64,000 bases of DNA from a virus (lineage: Duplodnaviria; Caudoviricetes). The translations under genes were made by a program, and so were the position numbers. The stretch lies in the IMG/VR virus record IMGVR_UViG_3300031994_000094, positions 1,826 to 65,825 of that record. One strand, given 5' to 3'. Below the pieces are notes generated by a model. It searched no databases. It saw only the letters and a program-made list of their open reading frames with translations, and had not been told where the DNA came from. This document shows positions 1 to 8,068 of the stretch, in pieces; position 1 is the first letter of the stretch, and each line of letters starts with the position of its first letter.

Positions 1-2
1 TA

Positions 3-314
3 TGGATTTGCGGTGCGATTGTATCAGTATCAGCCGCAGTAACTATCATTATCAAAGTAGTGCAGAAAGCAAAAGCACCTGAAAAGAAACAAGACGAACG
101 TATCACAAAGTTGGAAGAGAGAATGGATAAATTTCAACAATACTTCGATAATGACAATAAACGGTTAACGGATTTAGAAAAAGGTAATATCATAACACAG
201 CAGGCACTCTTCGCTTTGCTTTCTCATGCTATCAATGGTAACGATATAGACAGCTTAAAGAAAGCAAAGCGAGATATGGAAGATTATCTTGTGACGAAAG
301 GAGTAACGGTATGA
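3..314 (+). CDS. 5'-truncated small membrane/coiled-coil protein of the lysis module (XhlA-like)
   Basis: Frame is open from position 3 (WICGAIVSVSAAVTIIIKVV, hydrophobic) into the 60..314 ORF; lies directly before the holin. Confidence 0.55.
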   Translation, partial: WICGAIVSVSAAVTIIIKVVQKAKAPEKKQDERITKLEERMDKFQQYFDNDNKRLTDLEKGNIITQQALFALLSHAINGNDIDSLKKAKRDMEDYLVTKGVTV

Positions 315-538
315 AACTGCCTGATTCAGTCTACACATTCCTCAAGTGGTTAGCACTTATCGCACTTCCGGCACTTGCTACCTTTTACGGAGTGATTGGT
401 AAGGTGTGGGACATTCCCCATACCACAGAGATTGTAACTACATTGACAGCTATCGGAACTTTGATTGGTGCTTTAATCGGTGTATCACAGTATAATATCA
501 ACAAAGAAAAGAAGAAAGATGAGAATGTATCAGCATGA
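311..538 (+). CDS. Phage holin, Dp-1 family
   Basis: MKLPDSVYTFLKWLALIALPALATFY...LIGALIGVS pattern, two TM segments, charged C-terminus; GGAG RBS. Confidence 0.85.
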   Translation: MKLPDSVYTFLKWLALIALPALATFYGVIGKVWDIPHTTEIVTTLTAIGTLIGALIGVSQYNINKEKKKDENVSA

Positions 539-738
539 ACCATATTGCAGACTTTGTAGAATGGGAACTTGATATGTTCCGGGAGAAGTGTAATTTCTCT
601 GATGAGGAACTTTGCTATTTTAATATGAGGGCAAAGAATAAATCAAATGTTGAGATTGCGCTTGCTATGAACATATCAGAGAGCAAAGTCAGTAAGTTGG
701 CTCGTAAAGTCAAAGATAAAATGATAAAGGTGATTTAA
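535..738 (+). CDS. Stand-alone LuxR/GerE-type helix-turn-helix protein
   Basis: 67 aa, KSNVEIALAMNISESKVSKLARKVKDK resembles the LuxR/sigma region-4 HTH. Confidence 0.65.
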   Translation: MNHIADFVEWELDMFREKCNFSDEELCYFNMRAKNKSNVEIALAMNISESKVSKLARKVKDKMIKVI

Positions 739-775
739 CTGTTTGTCGCAGTTTGTCATATTTACCTCCTGTAGC

Positions 776-814
776 AGTACCCTTATGTAGACGTACATAA
801 GGGTACTTTTTTTT
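776..814 (+). terminator. Rho-independent terminator
   Basis: Perfect 14-bp stem AGTACCCTTATGTA/TACATAAGGGTACT, 4-nt loop, followed by a T-run. Confidence 0.85.
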
Positions 815-818
815 ATGC

Positions 819-850
819 AAAAATCGTACAAAAATCGTATAAGTTATAAT
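819..850 (+). promoter_or_regulatory. Candidate activator-dependent promoter of the accessory cassette
   Basis: TATAAT at 845-850; the -35 position is occupied by the direct repeat AAAAATCGTA x2 (11-bp period). Confidence 0.45.
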
Positions 851-887
851 GCTCTTTTTAATCTACAATGATAAAGAAAATATGTAG

Positions 888-972
888 AAAGGGCATAAAT
901 AGATGATGGATATAAGTGGCAATTTGGTTAACATAATGTCAGAAAATAAGTGTTCATCTATTTATGCCCTTT
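888..972. repeat. 19-bp perfect inverted repeat in the cassette leader
   Basis: AAAGGGCATAAATAGATGA (888-906) and TCATCTATTTATGCCCTTT (954-972), 47-nt interior, followed by a T-rich tract. Confidence 0.85.
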
Positions 973-996
973 TTCTTTTGTCAAAGGAGCAGAGAG

Positions 997-1374
997 ATGT
1001 ATGTATCTTACAACCCCAATCCAAAGGGAAACTATGTGGGCGATTGTGTAATCAGAGCGATTGCCAAAGTAACAAATCAAGATTGGGATAGCACTTATTT
1101 AGATGTGTGCATACAAGGTTTTATGTTGAAAGATATGCCGTCAGCAAATCATGTATGGGGAGCATATCTAAGAAGTAAAGGATTTATTCAGCAAACTGTA
1201 CCTAATACTTGTCCAGATTGTTATACAGTGAAAGATTTTACACATGATTATCCACAGGGTACATATCTACTCGCTACTGGAACCCATGTGATTGCAGTAC
1301 AAGATGGTAACTACTATGACAGTTGGGACAGTGGTGATGAGCCGATTGCATACTATTGGGAAAAGGAGAAATAA
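997..1374 (+). CDS. Conserved hypothetical protein, possible papain-like cysteine protease fold
   Basis: RBS AAGGAG before ATG 997; GDCVIRAIA ... THVIAVQDG.YYDSWD gives a candidate Cys/His/Asp triad. Confidence 0.6.
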   Translation: MYVSYNPNPKGNYVGDCVIRAIAKVTNQDWDSTYLDVCIQGFMLKDMPSANHVWGAYLRSKGFIQQTVPNTCPDCYTVKDFTHDYPQGTYLLATGTHVIAVQDGNYYDSWDSGDEPIAYYWEKEK

Positions 1375-1376
1375 CA

Positions 1377-1829
1377 ATGGCAATTTATAATTATGGTTTA
1401 CCAGTCAATTATCAGACACCTATGGCATATCAACCTCAATATCCTATGCAACAAACAATATCTAACACCCCGATAACCACCAATCAGAATAGTGCAGGAA
1501 TCATATGGGTACAAGGAGAAGCAGGAGCAAAAGCATACCCAGTAGCCCCCGGAAATAGTGTACTTCTTATGGATAGTGAAAGCGAGTGTTTCTATATCAA
1601 ATCTACAGACCATAGCGGTGTACCAATGCCATTACGGTCTTTCACATATACAGAGATTGTACAATCTCAACAACCCAATGAGGAACCAAAGGTTGATACT
1701 TCTCAATTCGTTACCCGTAGCGAATTTGAAGAACTTAAAAAGATGTTACAAGAAAGACAGCCTATGAGAAGGGAGAATCGAAATGAACAAACTCTTTCAA
1801 GAAACTCAAAGCAACAGCGTGATGAATAG
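1377..1829 (+). CDS. Hypothetical protein, Q/Y/P-rich N-terminus plus WVQGEAGAKAY domain (accessory cassette)
   Basis: RBS AAGGAG; composition and motif. Confidence 0.75.
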   Translation: MAIYNYGLPVNYQTPMAYQPQYPMQQTISNTPITTNQNSAGIIWVQGEAGAKAYPVAPGNSVLLMDSESECFYIKSTDHSGVPMPLRSFTYTEIVQSQQPNEEPKVDTSQFVTRSEFEELKKMLQERQPMRRENRNEQTLSRNSKQQRDE

Positions 1830-1983
1830 GATCCAACAAATAATGCAGAAATACAATGTACCACAGGAAATAAGAAATGACCCACAGCAGATAATCAACT
1901 ACCTTGTTCAGAGTGGAAAGGTAGACCAAAATACTATAAATCGTGCTATGCAACAAGCACAGAAAATGGGATTCAAATTTTAG
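1783..1983 (+). CDS. Small Gln/Asn-rich hypothetical protein (accessory cassette)
   Basis: RBS GGGAG; NDPQQIINYLVQSGKV motif; overlaps upstream gene. Confidence 0.7.
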   Translation: MNKLFQETQSNSVMNRIQQIMQKYNVPQEIRNDPQQIINYLVQSGKVDQNTINRAMQQAQKMGFKF

Positions 1984-2030
1984 GTAATACTTGCAAGTTT
2001 ACATAATATTCTACAAAGGAGGATAATGTT

Positions 2031-2870
2031 ATGTCATTATCAAACGGAACTGAAAACATGGTAATGCCTGTAGCACCGATGTATGGTGGCGGTTACGGTG
2101 GTGGATTCAGCAACGGTTTCGGTGGAGACGGTTGGTGGATTCTGTTACTGCTTCTGTTTGCTGGCGGTGGCTGGGGTAACGGTTATGGTGGTTTCGGCGG
2201 CGGTAATGCAGAGTTTCCTTGGCTGTTTAATGGACAGTCTGGAATTAACGCAAATACAAACGCTGGATTCCAGAACGCTATGCTCAATGATAACGTCACT
2301 TCTATTAGAGATGGTATTGCTTCATTGAGTACACAGTTATGTAATTGCTGTGGCGATATGCAGATGGCACTCTCTAATGGTTTTGCAAATGCTGAACAGG
2401 GTGCTAATGCTCGTCAGATGGCAGATATGCAACAGATGTTTGGTATTCAGTCAGCACTTCAGAATTGTTGCTGTGAGAATAGGGCTGGTATTGCAGACCT
2501 TAAATACACAGTTGCAACGGAAAATTGCGCTGATAGAACACAGTCTATGCAGAACACACGGGATATCATCGAGAATCAGACACGTAGTACACAGGCTGTT
2601 CTTGATAAGCTGTGTCAGCTTGAACTGGATGGCTTCAAACGTGAGAATGATAATCTCCGTTCTCAGCTTAACATGGCTACACTTCGTGAATCTCAGACAG
2701 CACAGAACGCATTTATCTCACAGGGATTTGCTAATGAGGTTGACCAGTTGTATAACAGGCTGAATAACTGTCCTGTACCCACTACACCCGTTTATGGTCG
2801 TACCCCCATCTTTACTTGCAACAATAACGGTTGCGGATGCGGATGCGGTGGCTATAACGGCTCTTTCTAA
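2031..2870 (+). CDS. Gly-rich/hydrophobic N-terminus, Cys clusters, long coiled coil; spore-coat/exosporium-like composition
   Basis: RBS AGGAGG; GGDGWWILLLLLFAGGGWG, CNCC, NCCCENR, C-terminal CNNNGCGCGC. Confidence 0.75.
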   Translation: MSLSNGTENMVMPVAPMYGGGYGGGFSNGFGGDGWWILLLLLFAGGGWGNGYGGFGGGNAEFPWLFNGQSGINANTNAGFQNAMLNDNVTSIRDGIASLSTQLCNCCGDMQMALSNGFANAEQGANARQMADMQQMFGIQSALQNCCCENRAGIADLKYTVATENCADRTQSMQNTRDIIENQTRSTQAVLDKLCQLELDGFKRENDNLRSQLNMATLRESQTAQNAFISQGFANEVDQLYNRLNNCPVPTTPVYGRTPIFTCNNNGCGCGCGGYNGSF

Positions 2871-2885
2871 TCGGAGGTAAGAACT

Positions 2886-2921
2886 ATGGCTGAATTTATG
2901 AGGAAAGGAGAAGCGTTTTAA
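2886..2921 (+). pseudogene. Orphaned start (MAEF stub) of the gene interrupted by the downstream endonuclease
   Basis: GGAGGT RBS + ATG GCT GAA TTT then stop after 11 codons; mirrors MSEY at 3632. Confidence 0.6.
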
Positions 2922-2925
2922 TTTG

Positions 2926-2954
2926 TTTACATTTACTTCAAAGTATGGTAGAAT
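2926..2954 (+). promoter_or_regulatory. sigmaA promoter of the inserted endonuclease
   Basis: TTTACA-17-TAGAAT with extended TG. Confidence 0.7.
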
Positions 2955-2994
2955 AAGATAAAAGAATATTCAAACTGTACGAAAGGAGAAATGT

Positions 2995-3654
2995 ATGAGC
3001 AAATTTATTGATATTACGGGTAAAAGATATAACAACCTTGTAGTGGTCAAACGAATGAAGAACGCACCAAATGGTGTTACTGTTTGGAAGTGCGTCTGTG
3101 ATTGTGGAAATACCACGATTGTAAGAGGATCAAATCTTAAAAATGGTAGTGTAAAAAGTTGTGGATGTAGAAAACATAACTCCATCAACGCAACCCATAA
3201 AATGTCCAAAACAAGAATCTATCGAGAGTGGGCAAGTATGAAATCCAGATGTTATTGTGAGAACACAAAAACTTATAAGGATTATGGTGGAAGAGGTATC
3301 GAAGTTTGCAACGAATGGAAAAATTCATTTGAGAATTTTAGAGATTGGGCGTATTCAAATGGCTATTCAGATGAGTTGACAATAGAGAGAAAAGACTACA
3401 ATGAGAACTATTGTCCAGATAACTGTATTTGGATACCATTTAATGAACAACAACGAAATCGAAGAAATTGTCTTTTATTTACACATAATGGAAAAGAGCA
3501 AAATCTAACCGAATGGTGTAATGAATTAAATCTATCATATAAGAATGTTCACAATCGCATTTACAGACTTGGTTGGTCTTTTGAAAGGGCCATTTCAGAA
3601 CCCGTATGTATCAAAAAACGTAATAAAGATTATGTCCGAGTACACGAGAAATGA
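2995..3654 (+). CDS. Free-standing phage homing endonuclease (HNH-like)
   Basis: DITGKRYNNLVV...WKCVCDCG...SCGC, YKDYGGRGIEVCNEW, LTIERKDYNENYCPDNCIW, NLTEWCNELN. Confidence 0.85.
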   Translation: MSKFIDITGKRYNNLVVVKRMKNAPNGVTVWKCVCDCGNTTIVRGSNLKNGSVKSCGCRKHNSINATHKMSKTRIYREWASMKSRCYCENTKTYKDYGGRGIEVCNEWKNSFENFRDWAYSNGYSDELTIERKDYNENYCPDNCIWIPFNEQQRNRRNCLLFTHNGKEQNLTEWCNELNLSYKNVHNRIYRLGWSFERAISEPVCIKKRNKDYVRVHEK

Positions 3655-4102
3655 TATTCAAGTGGTACAACCAAACCAGCCTGTACTGTTAGACACCACT
3701 ATCGGTTGTCCTAATGGTTATGTTCTTCATCGTGAGGGTAGCGGAATTATCACTTTACGTGGTATTACAAATTGCTGTTTTGCCCGGTATCAAGTCACAT
3801 TTAATGGGAATATTGCTATACCCGATGGTGGTACAGTAGGACCTATCTCTATTGCAATCGCAATAGATGGGGAGCCTGTACTCACCAGTAAAGCAATCGT
3901 AACTCCTGCGGCAACCGCACCAGTACCGCCTACAGAAGATAATTTCTTCAACGTGACAAGTACCGCAATTATTACAGTGCCGAAAGGTTGTTGCTTTAAC
4001 ATTAGCGTAGAGAATACATCTTCTTCTACCACTCCGGCAACAACTCCTGCACCCCCTATCAATGTTCAAAACGCTAACCTCGTTGTTAGTAGAATCGCCT
4101 AA
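3632..4102 (+). CDS. Beta-rich hypothetical protein, BclA-CTD/C1q-like jelly roll suspected (accessory cassette)
   Basis: MSEYTRNDIQVVQPNQPV...HREGSGIITLRG...QNANLVVSRIA; beta-strand pattern; likely true start 3632 rather than 3545. Confidence 0.65.
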   Translation: MSEYTRNDIQVVQPNQPVLLDTTIGCPNGYVLHREGSGIITLRGITNCCFARYQVTFNGNIAIPDGGTVGPISIAIAIDGEPVLTSKAIVTPAATAPVPPTEDNFFNVTSTAIITVPKGCCFNISVENTSSSTTPATTPAPPINVQNANLVVSRIA

Positions 4103-4119
4103 GAAAGGAGAGTAATACT

Positions 4120-4716
4120 ATGTCTAAGAGAATGTATGAAGATTTGAAAGAAATCCTCTGTCATGAACTCAACGAGATTACTCGCAAGGGCGATATTGAC
4201 AGAGAGGGACTTGATGATGTTTACAAACTTTCATCCGCAATTACGATGGTAGAAAGTCTGATGAAGAAACAACAGGGTCAAGGTCAGCAAGGAGAGAGCG
4301 AGTATTCTAATCGCTACTCCAATGACTATTCAAATGAGGGTATGTCCAATGCTTATAGAAGAAGTATGCGTGGCTCTTATGATGGTATGTCTAATAACAT
4401 GGGTACTTCCAATGACTATTCTAATCGTGATGGCTATGCAAACCGTGGTGAACAGTATAGCAGAGATTATAGTATGGATAGTTCATATGAAGGCTCATAT
4501 GACTATAGCGGAAGAAGAGGACGTGACGCACAGACAGGCAGATATGTAAGTCGTGACGGTGGTTCCTATGATAGCTATGATAGCTATGACCGTGGCTATA
4601 GCAGACATACGGCAGAACAGAAAGTAGCACGTAAGCTGGAAGATATGCTTGACACCACACAAGACCAACATATCAGAAATGCTATTATGAAAGCTATGAA
4701 TATGCTCAAACAGTAA
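4120..4716 (+). CDS. Hypothetical protein with Y/S/D/R low-complexity repeats (accessory cassette)
   Basis: RBS AAGGAGAG; YSNDYSN, SYDSYDSYD repeats; GRRGRDAQTGRYVSRD. Confidence 0.75.
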   Translation: MSKRMYEDLKEILCHELNEITRKGDIDREGLDDVYKLSSAITMVESLMKKQQGQGQQGESEYSNRYSNDYSNEGMSNAYRRSMRGSYDGMSNNMGTSNDYSNRDGYANRGEQYSRDYSMDSSYEGSYDYSGRRGRDAQTGRYVSRDGGSYDSYDSYDRGYSRHTAEQKVARKLEDMLDTTQDQHIRNAIMKAMNMLKQ

Positions 4717-4724
4717 TATACTGG

Positions 4725-4752
4725 GAGGGGTGTGAAATATCACCCCTCTTTT
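4725..4752 (+). terminator. Rho-independent terminator
   Basis: GAGGGGTG/CACCCCTC stem plus TTTT. Confidence 0.65.
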
Positions 4753-4763
4753 AGGAGGATAAT

Positions 4764-5141
4764 ATGGTTGACATAACTACTATTGAAGATACATTAGAGG
4801 AACTTGTAAATGACGCACCTACGACCTTTGAAACGTGCGAAAAGATAGCACACCTTACAATTACCCGTGATTTGCTGAAAAGTCGCTTAAATCGAACGAG
4901 AGAGGGGTCAGAACGTGTCTTAAATGAGTTGCATGACATACTACCATCATATAATAAATATGTAGACACAAAAAAGCGGTATCAGCAGTATGAAGTTGTG
5001 GAGCAAATGGTAGTGATAGCTATGCAAAATCTATGTGATGAGATTGCAGATTTCATCATTACTCTATATCGTAACACAGAAAGCGCAGAAGAAAGAGAAG
5101 CAATAGAGACTATGATAGATGAGATAAGAAGTGCAATTTAG
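4764..5141 (+). CDS. Helical hypothetical protein (end of accessory cassette)
   Basis: RBS AGGAGG; 125 aa ORF. Confidence 0.7.
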   Translation: MVDITTIEDTLEELVNDAPTTFETCEKIAHLTITRDLLKSRLNRTREGSERVLNELHDILPSYNKYVDTKKRYQQYEVVEQMVVIAMQNLCDEIADFIITLYRNTESAEEREAIETMIDEIRSAI

Positions 5142-5159
5142 CACTTCTTATTTTTATGC

Positions 5160-5198
5160 TTGACAATAAATAAACATTATAGTACAATGTTTAATGTG
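5160..5198 (+). promoter_or_regulatory. sigmaA promoter with palindromic operator (copy 1)
   Basis: TTGACA-17-TACAAT; TAAACATT-N7-AATGTTTA at 5171-5193. Confidence 0.85.
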
Positions 5199-5237
5199 AA
5201 CACGATTTACCGATAAAACACGAAAAGGAGAATAAAG

Positions 5238-6914
5238 ATGATTAACGTAAGAATAGCAGAAGCAGATAAGTGTAATGAAGATTATTCAATGTTTATATCA
5301 TTCGACTATAATCAGAAGGTAGTTGATACAATCAAGTCTTACCCGACAAAATACTGGAATAAGGGCTCAAAAGAGTGGGAAGTACCGCTGAAAAAACTCA
5401 CAAATCTTATAACTGATTTGAGCGACTTCTCATTTGACATTACAGGAAAGTATGTAGAACTTGAAGCAAAGAAGGCAGAAGTGCCTTCTAATTTCAAGTT
5501 TAAGACAAAACCTTTTGAGCATCAGATTGATGGCTTTAATTATGGTCTTGAAAATGACCGATGGTTACTCGGTGACGAACAGGGGCTTGGAAAAACAAAG
5601 ACGGTTATTGATATAGCAGTTGCAAAAAAACTTGCAAATGGCTATAAGCATTGTCTTGTCATTTGTGGTGTAAATGGTCTGAAATGGAATTGGTACAATG
5701 AGGTGCTTACCCACTCAGATGAGAAGCCTTATATTCTCGGTCAGCGCACCAAAAGAAATGGAATTGCAGTTGGTGGTAATGCAGATAAGCTGGAAGATGT
5801 AAAGAACATTGATAAGATTGATGCTTATTTTATCATCACTAATGTAGAGACTTTGAGAAATACAGAGATTATCGCAGAACTCACAAAGCTATGTAAGAAT
5901 GGCACTATCAATATGATAGCGGCTGATGAATGTCATAAAATGAAGAACCCATCTTCTCAGCAAGGTAAAGCATTCCTCAAATTACAGACTAAAACAATGA
6001 TTGCTATGACGGGGACACCACTGATGAATAACCCTCTCGACCTCTACATCATTCTCAAATGGTTAGGCTATGAGAAGTACCCCATGTATGCTTTCAAAAA
6101 ACACTATTGTGTAATGGGCGGTTTCGGTGGTTATGAGATTATCGGTTATCGTAATCTTGATGAGTTGCAGGAACGCTTAAACGAAATCATGCTTAGAAGA
6201 TTAAAGTCAGATGTACTTGACCTTCCCGAAAAGACATACATTGACGAATATGTAGAAATGACAGCAAAGCAGGCTGTTGTTTATAAAGAGGTTACGGCTG
6301 AAATCAAATCAAATATCGACAATATTAAAATGACTAATAACCCACTCGCAGAACTTATCAGAATGAGACAAGCTACTGGCTATACTGGTATTCTTTCTTC
6401 AACCGTACAGGAATCAGCTAAACTTGATAGAATGGAAGAGTTAGTAGATGATGCTGTTCAGAATGGACATAAAGTGGTTATCTTCTCTAATTGGACACAA
6501 ATGACTAACCCTATTGCACAACGGTTGAGCAGATATAACCCGGCAGTCATTACTGGTGAAATCAATACAGATACTCGTCAGCAGATGATTGATAAGTTTC
6601 AGAATGTGGATTCATGCAAGGTAATTATAGGTACAATCGGTGCTATGGGTACTGGTCTAACATTAACATCGGGTACAGTTGAAATTTTCTTAGACCATCC
6701 GTGGAATAGAGCATTGTATGACCAGGCGGTTGATAGGTGTCATAGAATTGGACAGAAGAATAATGTCACCATTTATAATCTTCTCTGCAAGGATACGATT
6801 GATGAGCGTATTTGGGAAATCGTAAACAAAAAAGGTGCTATGAGCGATTATATGGTTGATGGCAAAGTTGATTCTATGCACAAAATGGAGTTACTTAATT
6901 ATCTTATAGGTTGA
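5238..6914 (+). CDS. SNF2-family helicase
   Basis: LLGDEQGLGKT (motif I), ADECH (II), MTGTP (III), QAVDRCHRIGQ (VI). Confidence 0.92.
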   Translation: MINVRIAEADKCNEDYSMFISFDYNQKVVDTIKSYPTKYWNKGSKEWEVPLKKLTNLITDLSDFSFDITGKYVELEAKKAEVPSNFKFKTKPFEHQIDGFNYGLENDRWLLGDEQGLGKTKTVIDIAVAKKLANGYKHCLVICGVNGLKWNWYNEVLTHSDEKPYILGQRTKRNGIAVGGNADKLEDVKNIDKIDAYFIITNVETLRNTEIIAELTKLCKNGTINMIAADECHKMKNPSSQQGKAFLKLQTKTMIAMTGTPLMNNPLDLYIILKWLGYEKYPMYAFKKHYCVMGGFGGYEIIGYRNLDELQERLNEIMLRRLKSDVLDLPEKTYIDEYVEMTAKQAVVYKEVTAEIKSNIDNIKMTNNPLAELIRMRQATGYTGILSSTVQESAKLDRMEELVDDAVQNGHKVVIFSNWTQMTNPIAQRLSRYNPAVITGEINTDTRQQMIDKFQNVDSCKVIIGTIGAMGTGLTLTSGTVEIFLDHPWNRALYDQAVDRCHRIGQKNNVTIYNLLCKDTIDERIWEIVNKKGAMSDYMVDGKVDSMHKMELLNYLIG

Positions 6915-6985
6915 CATAAGCCTATAAATATTGTAGTATAACGAAAGAAGAGAGGTAAAATTGAAGAAAAGGAGAGTAAATTTAG

Positions 6986-7276
6986 ATGGAACTTAAAATT
7001 GACAAATTAGCTATGTTAGTAGGTGTATCAACAAGAACAATCAATAACTGGTATTGGTTTAAGAGTGCAAATCCTAATAATGAGTATGCTAAAATGCTAC
7101 CCGATTATCGAATTGATAAGAAAAGTCATGGTAGTAGGGTGTGGGATTCAAATGACGTTGACAAACTGATTGATTTTAAGTCAAAGATTCCACATGGTAG
7201 AAATGGTGTACTTGGTGATATTACACAACGCTATGAAAGGAAGAAAAAGAATGAAGCGAAGTCAGATGATAGATGA
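6986..7276 (+). CDS. HTH DNA-binding protein (MerR/excisionase-like)
   Basis: KLAMLVGVSTRTINNWY HTH pattern. Confidence 0.65.
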   Translation: MELKIDKLAMLVGVSTRTINNWYWFKSANPNNEYAKMLPDYRIDKKSHGSRVWDSNDVDKLIDFKSKIPHGRNGVLGDITQRYERKKKNEAKSDDR

Positions 7277-7655
7277 AGTAATTGATTCTTATGCTCAAAA
7301 TAAAGAGCGATTAGATGCTCTGGATACAGTATGTAAGGTACAAAACGCCGAGATTAAGGCATTCCTCGGCGATGAAAAATCTTATTCTACCGATAATTAT
7401 AAGGTATCAAAATCTGTACAAAATAGAGATACTATGGATGAAGAGTTGCTGTGTGCAAAGCTGTCTAATTTCGCAGAGTGCTACGATTTAGGTATAATTA
7501 AAGTGCAGGAATATGTAGATATGTCGGCACTTGAGGATGCCCTATATAAGAAACAGCTTACTCCAGAAATGATTGAAGTCATTGAGAAGTGTAGGAAACA
7601 TAAGGAAGTGGTAACTTTGCGTGTATCAAAGATTAAAAAGGAGGAAGAAGAATGA
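7251..7655 (+). CDS. Hypothetical phage protein
   Basis: ORF with AAGGA RBS before ATG 7251. Confidence 0.65.
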   Translation: MKRSQMIDEVIDSYAQNKERLDALDTVCKVQNAEIKAFLGDEKSYSTDNYKVSKSVQNRDTMDEELLCAKLSNFAECYDLGIIKVQEYVDMSALEDALYKKQLTPEMIEVIEKCRKHKEVVTLRVSKIKKEEEE

Positions 7656-7870
7656 AAGTAAAAACTACAACAATCAAAGCAACCAGTAGAGCAAGTGTAA
7701 AGGTACGGGATAACTACTTCACAGTGGAATATAGTGAAGAACGTGTAGTAGAGTATGCTGGGGATGAAGATGATGAAGATAAGCTGAATGAGGCACGACA
7801 GAATCTTTGGGATACTTGCAACAATGAAATTGATAATCAGATTGAGGACATTAAGAAATATTGTAAATAA
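7652..7870 (+). CDS. Hypothetical phage protein
   Basis: RBS GGAGG; ATGA overlap with the upstream stop. Confidence 0.7.
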   Translation: MKVKTTTIKATSRASVKVRDNYFTVEYSEERVVEYAGDEDDEDKLNEARQNLWDTCNNEIDNQIEDIKKYCK

Positions 7871-7993
7871 GTCTTGACAAAGCAGAATAAATGTTATAGT
7901 ATAATAATGTTCTTAACAAGTCTGATGCTTGTTCATAAAAAGGTTAGCGACATTTCGGGGATGTTGCGAACAAACCTCATAGTGTTGCTAACC

Positions 7994-8046
7994 AAAACAG
8001 TTAGTGCGATTGCTGACCCCGAATCAGCGGTTGCACTAACTGTTTT
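7994..8046 (+). promoter_or_regulatory. Long hairpin in the leader of the replication initiator
   Basis: AAAACAGTTAGTGC/GCACTAACTGTTTT outer stem plus inner GCTGA/TCAGC stem, ending just before the RBS. Confidence 0.6.
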
Positions 8047-8068
8047 ACTTTATAAGGAGAAAAGTATT

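Noticed and set aside
2886-3654. Group I intron interrupting the MAEF/MSEY gene
   Set aside because: No P/Q/R/S core motifs, too little non-coding sequence, and the endonuclease ORF runs past the putative 3' junction
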